DNA of 64,000 nt from Botryllus schlosseri (Eukaryota). Shown piece by piece: positions 37,501 to 49,500 of the stretch. The DNA lies in assembly GCA_051294905.1 (NCBI GenBank), contig CM119386.1:11284001-11348000 (forward strand), read 5' to 3'. A program made the position numbers and the translations under genes. Numbering within the stretch: the stretch's first letter is position 1; every line of letters starts with the position of its first letter. The notes beneath the pieces were generated by a model. It was not told the DNA's origin. It was given only the letters and a program-made list of their open reading frames with translations, and ran no database searches.

Positions 37501-40500
37501 CATTTCCGTACGGCCGCTTTCTAGCTGCGCGTTCAACGAGCCGACCTGGGCTTTCGCGCCGTTCAATTCCCGTTTGTGATTCTCGATTTCCAGACGCAGG
37601 GTGTCCAGCGCAAGATTCATGTTGGCCGTGTCCTCGCTGATTTTCGACCTGAATCGCGATAAATTGCGATGAAGATTAACAGGCTGCGAGTCACAGGCCA
37701 ATTTGACTTTTATAGTTGACTCGAATCAAGGAGTCATTTTCACCGCAACACCGAGCCAGTGTTGAGACTCGAGTCCGAGTCTATAGACTTCACTGTCACT
37801 CTCATAGATTTTACTGTTCATTATGTACATCAAGACAGGTTCAATTCACTTCTGTGAAACTCTTGGGTGATATTGAGGATCTCACATTGATACAAACTAA
37901 TTTTTCTCACTCTCAACATCTTTATTAATACAGATGAAACACGGTTTAAGAGCCTATTCCTCAAGCATTGGAGCTGATACAGGAGAATTGTAATGTAGAA
38001 TGTCCCGGGTCATATGAATTAGTCGGGTCATGCGCAATGACTCGAGTGCAAGTCGAGTCAATACACAAATGGACTCAAGTTGAGTCAAGTCACGTACGCA
38101 GAAATGAAAAATCATCTCTCATGGTCAACACATGCACTGCATTCATAAATGTAACATTGAAATATCAATGAGGCATTAAACCAGAAAAAAAGGATGAATT
38201 CTTAGTAGATTCAACCCTATACTTCTCATGATATATGCACGATATCCAGCTCTATTGAATTTGCAGAGCCCAGATTTTACGTACATAACAAACAAACATT
38301 TTTCATTCAAATTCGAAATTTGGAGTTCATATCATCAGGACTGAATCTTCCTACATAATCTATCGCTTTTTCCAATTTGGCAAGCCAACAGGTTCGTTAC
38401 AGTAGCTAGAATCAAGATTCTCCCCCAAAATGGTCACTATCGCACAGAAAAACAGCGTTTGGCTAGCACTTTTTGTAGAATCCAATGAATATATGATCAT
38501 TGCTTGTTGAATATGTGATATTTCAAAATCAATCGAAATCACACTGTGCGATCGCAACATTATCGCAGTTTCATTACGAATATACTGTTCATATTCAGTT
38601 CAGTTTGACGACGGACATGCAATATGAAAATGGAAATAACATAACACACAGGTCTTGCAGATAAAACAAGCAAATCCATATTAAGCTTCAGCGCATGATC
38701 AATCAGTATCAATTGGAAATCGATGATATAAAACAGGCTGAATTCCGATGCCGATAACTACTCACCAATTGATGAAAGCATTATGAAGAGTTTCCTGAAG
38801 TTGCCTTCAGCATAAAGAGAGAGAAGAGATAGAACAAAACCAGATACAGTATCTCAAATTGGGCATAACGAAAACCTGTCCGTAAATTCTCACGACAAAT
38901 ACACAAAACGTGGCGAACTCTCACCTCTCGTCCGCAATGATTTTATCTTTCCGGCTAATTTCACGTTTGAGAGACTCAACGTACGGATCATTCGACGATT
39001 GTTCATTGCGCACAAACGACAATTCGGCTTCCCTTGCCTTCAATAGCTGTTTCAGCTCCACGTTTTCCCTGCAAACATATCACTGAAGTGATCACCTGTG
39101 TATCGCCAAGTTCACTACAACAACATACAGCCACACAGCTAGAAAAAACGTATCTTAATTCAAAGGCTAACAACAGACTGAAATCCGACATACAAACACA
39201 CCTGGTAAGCTTTATGAGTTGTTCCTGCTCCGAGTTTGACGAATTGTCTCCGAGCGACTTCAGATTTTCCATCAATTGTTCGATCACAGCGGCCTTGTGG
39301 TGGCTGTCTTCCTTCCAGCGAGCGGCCTCACGGCCTGCTACCGTACATTTTTCAGCGGCTTCGTGCGCCGACCTTTCGGCATGCAGCAGATCGTCCTCGA
39401 GATTCTGCAGTAAAATGAAGACCTTACTTGTCAAGATAGCGTAATGATGGAGCGTCTGACTTCTTGATCGGTAGGTCGTGGGGATGCAGGGGTGGAGAGC
39501 CTTGCAAGGCTATAACTGCACCTTGTACAGCGGCATACACACACCATGCACTCATGGTATGCATAAGCACAGATGAGTCGGTGTATAGTCCTTCTTTGTC
39601 CACTTTTACGTAGTTTGGACACGTCTCAGCTACCACTATTTCTTGTAATTGAATAGAAGCTTAGCCGTAACTATGGTTATCAACAATACCTGCAAGGACT
39701 CGTCTTTATTTCTCAGCTCTTCCCTAAGGCGTTCGATTTCGGCGGATTTAGCCGCGTTGATCCTGCTCCTGGATTCGGCTTCGCGCAGCTGCTCGTGATC
39801 CCTGCGTTTTACGGCCGCCTCCAATTCCTCCAGGGCTTCGAGCCTCTCCTGTTCTGCGCGCTTGCAAATACTTATCGAGTCCTGAAACGAAGTCTCGCTA
39901 ACATTCGTTCAACTGTCATCGTTAAACTCTTGTACAGAACTTCAATATACCGTTGAATAATATAACTTACGGCAGTATATCAACAATCGTATTACCAATT
40001 ACGACATTACAGACATGAAAATTCAAACATTCGGGGAGAACAAATGGCTCAGGCTCAATGTACTATTTTATTATTCGGATATTCATATCCGCCATCATAG
40101 TTCGTGACACGATTTTCCCATTTCCCATGTCCAGTTGCAGCGGAAAATATCCGGGGTTATTTCAATATGAATCCATTATTAAATTGTACACCATCACACG
40201 GCGCTAGAAAGCTTGAATAAGCCAGAGGCGAGACAGAAAAGAGACTCACAGTAGAGAGAGAAGAGAAAGGAGAATCCGAGAAATGGTTGCGACTTGTCTG
40301 AACAGGATTGAATAAACGTTGATAACATGGAAAGACACATCCGTGCGCACAATGAGAAAGGTTGACAAAATATACAGAAACTGTGCATGGTTGAGATCGG
40401 ACGTGGGGCAGAAGCAGGAGTGAATAGACACAGATTTTTAAAATACATTTAACGTAGAATTTTGCAGGATTTTTCACCAAAACGTGTAATAATAGCAGTA

Positions 40501-43500
40501 CTTCAGGTACCATGTACGGATTTGCATTCAAAATTTTAGAACCTCATCATCTCTGTTGAGAATATATCATATGAAAAACACCTTAATATCAAAACGGCTT
40601 CCAACCTGGATAGAGGCTAACACGCTATAAACTACGGTTAGGCTAAAATCGCAGACGATTAATGAATTATTCAATGCGGTATCATACGCCTCCCTGATTA
40701 CCCCACCTAACGGTTTCGACTACATTCCCAAACTGTAACCGTTCCACACATTCTCACACACCTGCAGCTGAGATTCCTTGAGCCGCAGCAGGTTTTCGAC
40801 AGCCTGCAATTTCTCTTGCAGTTCGGCGATATCCTTCGCGCGCTCATCGTCCAAATCTTGTTTGCTGGTGCTCTCGGACTGCAGCTTCATGCTGTTCATG
40901 ATGTCGGCAAATTCGCGTTTTTCCTTTTCAAACTGGTCGGCAACGTTCTCCTGGTCTCGTAAAGCTTGGGCTTTCGCGAGTTCGTCTTCCTAAGACGGCA
41001 AAATATCATTCAGCGGCTGCGTTTCACAGAAATGCTGGTCACATCATTGGCACAAGATAAAGTGCTAGGCCAAGTCTTTCGGAGCAGGCATACATTTTAA
41101 ATTTCTGCAGCTCCATTACATCTGAGCAAAGGTTCTAGAACGGTTTTGAAAATATCAGGGTGATGCCGTTTTATGCAATGTTTCAAATTGATCGTTTTAA
41201 ACATAAATTTGATGCACAAATGTCTACGTTTTCTCAATTACAAAAACACACCCATTTAAATCCACCCTGTCAAACCAACTGACCACGGTAGATTATTTCC
41301 TCTCCTTATTATTGTAACATCCTGGTAATTGATTAATGTAATGGCTCAGTGATTGCATTGTTTGGTCACAGTTGATTGACTAGTGTCAGCTTTCTTCATG
41401 GAAGATGGTAGAATGTTCTTTGCGTTTCTGGCTGAACCGTGTTATTGAGTGCGCGGTCGTTCAGTAAGGAAGCTTGGTAATGCTTGTGGTTTGTGTAGTT
41501 GTACTTGTGACGTAGCGTAGTACCTGTATAGCTGTGCGAGGTACTGATTGGAGTATTTGGTTGTATCAAGGTTTGGCTTGTGATCAAATTCGTAACTTGT
41601 AAATACTCCGGGTGTACTTGATGGCATTCTGTTAGCAGGTCGCCAACGACAGGGGTTCCGAACCGAAAAACAACGACGTTCCTGTTAGGTCTACAGTGCC
41701 ATATCAGGGTCGCTACACTATTTTTATAGTTAGTAGTGCACTAAAATTCAGTCTGAAATAGTAAGTTTGGATTACTGTCGAGTAGAACATCGAATCTCTT
41801 GCATAAGTGAAAAACTATACCTAAAAGCTTTTGACGCGACATTGATAAACACCTACCCGTTGCTTCCTGAGCAATTCCTTGTATTTCGTGACCAGTTCCT
41901 GAAGCTCCACGTCTTTTTCCTTCAACTTCTCGTCGAGGCTTCGGACCAGTTCTTCACCATCTCCAATCTGAAATTCGATAATAACCGTTCGAGATCCGTT
42001 TAACGCAGTGAAAGCATTTTTAGTACAGTGATATGCCAATATAGGAATATTTTGTAGAGTGACATGCAAATATTAGAGAGACAACGCAATCCAGCCAACT
42101 ACAGGGTTGTTTCAAACGAAAATGAGTTTGAATAATCCCTGCGTGGAGAAATTTTCCGAGTATGGCAGGTGATTGACTCGATTTCCCCTTTCAAATTACA
42201 AACACTATCACGTTGGCGACACCCAAACTTTCCTGCTCTCCCTCTCTCAAATTTCTGTGGCGCACACTGCTCGTAAGAAATTTGAGTGGAAAAATCAAAC
42301 CAAAATCGCCATCAGCTACCGAATTACCTCCGCGATGAGCCTTTCGTTGGTGGCTTCCAAATTGCGTTTGATGCTGTTCAATTCTTGGACTTGTTGTTCC
42401 AAATCGTCAAGACGCTGTATTCTATTGCGAAGGGTGCTCTGAAAAAAGTGCCCATGGTCAAAAATAAGTTTCGTTAATAGGAAAAGTCACCAGAGAAAGT
42501 TCCTATATCTGCACATGTAACAGACGCACCAACAAAATGCTAGTAGGTGGTGAATTCTATACTGTAAAATCATCGGAGAAAAAATTTCTATCGTAGTCTA
42601 TTTGAAATATGGCAATGGCCGATAATAGTCTTTGTAATTGAAACACAGTGTTGCAGCAATTTCAAGTTCACAAGTACCTTAAAACACAATTCCGGAAGGC
42701 ACAATATAAGCGCGGTGCAATTTAGACACTTACTTCTTGTACGGTCAATGTGTGTATCGTTTCCTCCATTTCAGTGAGGCGGTTTTCTCTGCGTTTTGCC
42801 TCGGCTGCCAGTCGGTCGATCTCGTCCTCCTTTTGTTTCACAACGTCTGTGAGACCCTGAAATTTTCAAGAAAGATTACATTGCATTATAAACAGACTCA
42901 CTATAGATATCAGCAATTCAATAAATTTAAATCCGAATTATTTTGAACTCCTACATCAAGACGAAAATCACCATAGAAATCGATATGTTGCCAATGACTA
43001 ATTCACGAATCCACAAGCAAGCCAATGTCAAAAAACGCAAAATACAACAGTTACCGCGATAGCCTTGTCCCTCATTATGATTTCTTTGGATTCCTTTTTG
43101 CCTTTTTCGCCCGTTAGATTCCCCAATTTCTCAGCGAGTTGCTTTCCCGTCAATTCCGCGTCCTGAAGAGCTTCTGTCAGATCCTGCGACCCACCACATC
43201 CACATTTTTCACACTGTTCTCCAGGCCTTTTCAAAATAATAAAACATTACCTGGACCTCCTCTTCTCGCTTCTCCAATTCCACGCTCATCTGGCGGGCCG
43301 CGATTTCGTATTCGTCCAGTTTTTGTTGCTGATCGAAGATGTGTTGCTGCGTAGAGAACGAATAGTTACAGACACTGCGTAAAACAAAATCATCACAGAG
43401 TGTATTGGTCGGAAAGGTCAGGCCACATATACCAACACATAAGCCAGTCTTACTTAAACATAGACCAAAATTTGACCTTCTTATAACGAACAAGTAGTTG

Positions 43501-46500
43501 TATCGCCAATTGCAAACAAAACGAATGAATGTGCGGCGGTCCTGCGGCTGCGGTGCTGCATGCTTGAATGAATCAAATGTGCGGGCTATTGCATTTGACA
43601 TGGACGTAACTATTAATAAGCTCCGCTAATACGTGTTCATGGTGGGCGACGTCAAAACAAAAACTTGAATGCATGCACGGCATCCGAGCGGTGAAATAAA
43701 ATAAAATTACAGCACTATATTCATATCATTGGGAGTTATACCAAAACAGTATGTCTGTACTTTTGAATGAGAAAAACAGAATAGAATATTGCATTGAGCC
43801 ACGACAATTCAGATGAAAAATTGACTTGGGGTTGTATCGAAGCAGAAACTGATATTTGGTCTTGAACATCCATTACATTCATCAACACTCAACAGATCAT
43901 AATAAGACAGTGAGCTGAGAACACCAGTATCCAGCAATAGTAATTTATAGAAAGGTAATTATAGATAGGAAGGTTGCTGAAAAAGTCCTATGTAATTATA
44001 TTAGTTTACTCGAAATCCCATAATAGGGTCAATTATATCACCCACAGCAATTTATCAAGTCACCTCGCACTAACTTGGTGTAAAAATCGTTTGCGGTGAA
44101 ATGATTAACAAAAAACGAAAAAGTGAATTCAAAGTTCTAGCAAACGTCTATTCATAATGGTAAACTTGGCACATAAAGGCGGGTGAGATGCAGTAGCCGC
44201 ATCAGGCCATGCGGATGCCAGTGAAAAAAATGAAGCAATCGTGCAAAACTAAAAGTGCGTACACAGCGACGGTCAATCTCAAACGACAAAGGCGTAATGA
44301 TTCACAAAACTACAAAACATAGCACAAAGTACACGGAATTACGATTGTATTCATCAGATTGTCATCACCACATTTATTACCAATCCGTCATGCCACGTTA
44401 CCTGGTATTCATGTTCCAGCTCACGGTAGGCCTAAGAATCAAACACAATCGGAGAAATCCAAACAGTCCTAATAGGCCAGGATGGATGTGTGGTTCTTCA
44501 TAATGAGACCATATTAGCCAGCTATTCAGCAAGATATTGGTGAAGGTACATGGCAACACCAGCTTCAAACTACATCAAGTTTGATCAGGCCATTTCTTAG
44601 TCAAGTACATAGTTGACATTCTCGAACTTTTATAACTCTATAAAGAGCAAAGTGGTACTTTTACATAGAGTGGCTTCACATCTATAGAATAAAGCGCTGT
44701 ATTTAAAGTAAACCACACCGGTGTCGCAGAGTGTCAAGTCCATGTGCACCGTGAGTCACATATACATACCCAAGATACTTCCAGACATTAAGTATCAACA
44801 CCTAAAACATTGTCCTGGATTATAACACGTAATACATCAAAAGAAATAGGCCATACACACTGAGATCAACTATCGACGGCTCATAATATGGAACGCCATT
44901 GTAGTTGACAATTGAGATTGTACTTCATTTATCCAATTATGAATAAAAAAACACGTAAAATTTCCCAAACGAACTACCCGACCACGAACATGAAATCAAC
45001 ATTCACACACGCAGACTACAAATGCACCAAATTTTACTTTAAATGGACATGAGATCGCAACGAGTCATTCAAGGATTCGCATCTATTCACTTACGGAATA
45101 TTCGGATTTCAGCCTTTCGTCCTGATGCTTCGTTTTATGCAACTCGTCATTCAGCGCCTGAAATATCGATAAACTATTTCAAGTGACCCTTGAACTCTAT
45201 CATTGCGTTCACCGAGTGGCCGATAAAGCTGACCTACGGAAAACTCGTAGCGTAAACATAGCAACAAACAATCACGTGTCATCGGAGGATATAGCCGGCT
45301 ACGTATGGACAAAATTATTGCTGGGGAAATGAGTTATTGTGATCCTTCGACCTCCTGGAATTTGCCCGCCGATACAGATATATAACAAATTACAAGTGCA
45401 ACTGCTACACTTGATATCTTTGACAGCGGTCGGTCTGAATCTTCTATGGATACATGCATTGGCAATTCACAATGTCGGCAAATAAGAGATCAATAGATAG
45501 TACTGGAACGAGATGAAATTCCATTAAAGCATTATGAATGATGGGCAATAGCAGCAGTCAAATTCATAGACCATGCATAGACTGATCCAGGCCAACTGCG
45601 AAAGTTTCAATGCATAATTCATGGCTGCCGCCTTCCAGCGCGTGGTGTGTGATCGTGTTCTAAAATGGTGCTGTATACAGATCGTAGGGCACTCAAAAAC
45701 CTTATTCTTATTCTCCAAATCGGCAATATTATCCCTATCGCGGTCCAAGGCTTCGGAGTCAGCTTTCTTCTCGTCGGTCAGAGTTTCAATCATAACTCGT
45801 TTCACCGTCAAACCCTCGTGAAGTTGTTCAATGAGTCTAAAGGTAAATGAACAAAAAAAAAATAAACAGGTGGATATGTATAGTCGTACCACAACGCATA
45901 GTAGGCGGGAGACTTACATAAATAAGAATATTGCCAGCTCGAAATCAAACAAAAAGCATTCATTGATAAAAACTGTATACCAGGGGTTCTTAAAGTATGT
46001 GCACAAGCGGATGCTGGAATATGATATGCAAGTATTCAGCCAACACTTTCCGCGCCAGGACATATGACATGACGTTTTGGCCAATATACTATTGGGCAAA
46101 GTGCGGCACCACCAAAGCTAGCGTTAACTATGAAGTCTACTACACATTTTTGTAATTAAAAATGAAATGATATTACAGAGTCCAGTATTCTGTCAAAACT
46201 TACCTACTGCATACTATCCTCAGAGATTGTCAAGGATGAGGCACTAAATGAAAGAACTCCGGACCAATCTTACCAATAAACGTCACGGAATTCTGTATGC
46301 CGTGATTATCTTTTGGTACATTCTGACCGCACGAATGAATAATGGAGACGCCAAACAGATTAGGAAAAACAAAGCAACAAACCTGTCTTTTTCAGCCATT
46401 TCCTGTTCGAGTGAATCTAATTTTGCTAAATTTGCGATATTCTCCTCTGTTTTCACCGTTTCACCGTCTTTAGGCAAGGAATCTCGAAGCGCATCATTTT

Positions 46501-49500
46501 CTTTTGATGAATCTTCCAAATCTTTCATTAATTTCTGATTGTCTCCTTCAAGCTTGCGAGAGTATTCCTACACAAAACATATACAATTGAGGAATATATT
46601 CATATTGAAATGAGCCCGAATTTTTTTTTTTCGACTTACACTTGCTAGGGGTAATCTCAGCAACCAGTAGAGAATTCGAAAGAACATTGTATATCAACAA
46701 TCATTTCACCAATTATGACATAACGGCATGAAATTTCGTGTAATCGCGGCGAAGAGATCGCTTAATCATGTGGAATTCCATGGCAAGGAATATATATTCA
46801 GTAGACTGCATCAACAATACACATCGGAAGGAAACCAAGGTCCATTTGGTTACAGTTCAATTGGGCAAATCAATCCTCAATGAAGAGCAATATTATCTCG
46901 CCGGATGCAGATAGCATTCCACTGTAGTAACAGTATATGTGGAGTGATGAGTCCAGTCCGTAGGGAGCAATGCAGAAATAGACATGCCATGCCAAGATGT
47001 TGAAGCAAGCGCTCAAACAGAACACTAGTTTTTATCGAAATCAAACATAATCACCATGACTAAATTCACATATACCCAGCATGTGTTTTCGTTAACAAAA
47101 AACGATGACTAAAAACCCAAATCTTTACATGCTGTGTAAATAATACGGTGAACTGTTTATATTGACCCTACCAGTTCAAATTCTCACGAGACCACGTCAA
47201 TAACATCAACATTTTAATACCATGACTCCATTCCTTTTGTGAGGCTAGCCGAAATTCCAACAGCAGAATATCAATGCTATCAACACAACTGAAAATGCAG
47301 CGACTCATGGCCGCAGAATACCATTCTACATTCAGTCCACGATGATTGTTGAATCTACCATAACACAGCGCAAATCATAGCAGAACAATACAAGAACTGG
47401 AACAATTCTATATTCATCACAAACTCGTAATTCGGCCTGGATGTAGGCTGGATTTTTTGCCACACACAAAATGGAATCCTAGCTATTAAACCAAGAAAAT
47501 CTAACCTGGAGTTGATGCACATCGTGAGCAAGACGCTCCGCATCCGTCCTCGCGGCTCTAAGATCCTGTACAGAAATTCTTAGTTTACCCTGTCCACATG
47601 GAATGCTACAAACGAAGCCCGTATAACAAACCTTATCAGCCTGTTGGATCTTTTCATTCATGGCGTCTCGCATTTGTTGCAGTTCCCTTTGCGCGTCTTC
47701 CCGAATTTTGCGAGACTCTTCGGGTGCGGCTTCCATGCATGCGACTGCATTTCTGTGAACGTTATCGCTACATTCAACGCGCGGTCGATATCGTTAGAAA
47801 ATTGTGCTCGATCGAGCAAAATTCAAGTTCGAGAGTAACAGATAGATGGGAGTTCGGGAGCACAATGACAGAGCTCTAGAACTATAAATCATATTTTCTA
47901 TACGATGAGGTGATCGATAGTGCAGTATTTCTAATTTTGCGGAGTATTTATGCAGTCACAAGCAACCCCTACTTACAAAACTTGAGGATACCTAGTTCTG
48001 CTCTAAGACTATTTTTATTTCCCCTTGTATGTTTTCAAAGTGCATCGGACAGGACTCGAATGACTTGATGAAACCGCACACATTGCAAAATATCGACGAG
48101 ACTTTGCAAGATCCTGGTTCATACCGAATTATCAATAGCCCTTATAACCTAAATATCAACATCAGCATTACCTGAATGACAGATCGATGCAAGTATGTAG
48201 TGTAGCCCGCGTAGGGTCAACAGGCCCGAACAAATCTTTCAAAACAATTATCACAAGTCACCATGAACATGAAATTGTCCGGAAATTATGTCAAATAATA
48301 GGACTCCCGCACATGCCGTAGCCTGCCCGGCCTTGAATTAAGCATTTAAACTGACAGAAATAACACGGAAGGATTACGTCTCAAGTTGAAAAGCATTTCA
48401 TATCAAATCCACTTCAATCCATCACATTTAGGATCACAAATCCCCATATTGAGAGACATTATACCTACTAAACATGAGCACAAAAGCACTCGAGTAAAGT
48501 AGCATATTTCACAAACTAAACAAACACCGCGACATTCTAATTGCGCCAACTAGCTAAGAAAATGTATGTTCGACCTATTGTTAGTAGATTTCTCAGGCAT
48601 GCTTACATTCTCAAACATTATTATTTGCCTATATGCAGAAGAATGCCTACGGCCAACACGGTTGACGATGGGTTAGGTTAACAATAACCCTGTTCAACAA
48701 TTGCTTCATATCTACCTCTACTAGGTATCGAAAGAAATATAAAAGAATTAATTCGGTAGTCGTGAGTTTGTATTGTCGCAAAAGAACATTGGCGGACGCG
48801 ACTTGCATTGTACCTTCATAATGTGTCAACTGGTCAAAACATGATAAATCAATACGACTTTATATTCCATGAAGACAACATTGAAGAGAGAAGTATATAC
48901 GAATTCAGGGCAAGTCTTGTTGAACAGGCAAACAACACCCTCATGACGCCTGGGTGAATTTCTACGTAGTCAGTTTCGAAGCAGGAAATTTATTTCCATT
49001 TACAAATTAAAGGTGGGATTTCTATTGAAATAAGCACTTTGACCGCAGTACCTATTAAGCCATAAATTTGTGTAAGTAAGTCCACAGTATGCAAGTACAA
49101 ACCACAGTTCGGAGCAGACTATTTTAAACTAGTCTATATAGAATTCAATTTTCTACATCAATATTGGGAAAATCAATCATATTGTAGAAGGCACTTCTGA
49201 AGTACCGTAAACCAGGGTAACATCGGACAATTTCGTTTTAAATCTTGGAAACGCTGAATGCAGGGGTGGCAATGTCTCGGCTGAATGCCTACCCATTTTT
49301 TAAATATTTCGGCAAACTCTTGATTCATTAACCTTCTCATTCCATTTAAAAAGCTATCTGGCAGGTCATAACAAATATACTTGACGATACACTTTGACAC
49401 AGATGAAGCAGCCACTTTTCAGAGCTCTAAATATCACATAGCCTATTCCACTGTCCAAAGTTACGCCGTTCTGATACAACATGATGGGATAACTTCAGAC

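Noticed and set aside
41442-41627. 61-aa intronic ORF (MPSSTPGVF...) as a nested peptide gene or exon
   Set aside because: No signal peptide or homology; its acceptor gives a stop in the host frame after 14 codons.
43227-43250. 24-nt intron using the AAAAG acceptor (would add a Cys-rich stretch)
   Set aside because: Too short for spliceosomal splicing, and the host frame after that acceptor reaches a stop (AWRTV*); the acceptor at 43184 gives a typical 67-nt intron and keeps frame.
49173-49415. Cys-containing ORF as a SMYLE/zinc-finger alternative first exon like that of vertebrate myomegalin
   Set aside because: GTG start, no convincing CxxC-CxxC spacing and no supported junction; the intron where such an exon would be expected (45837-46382) shows none.
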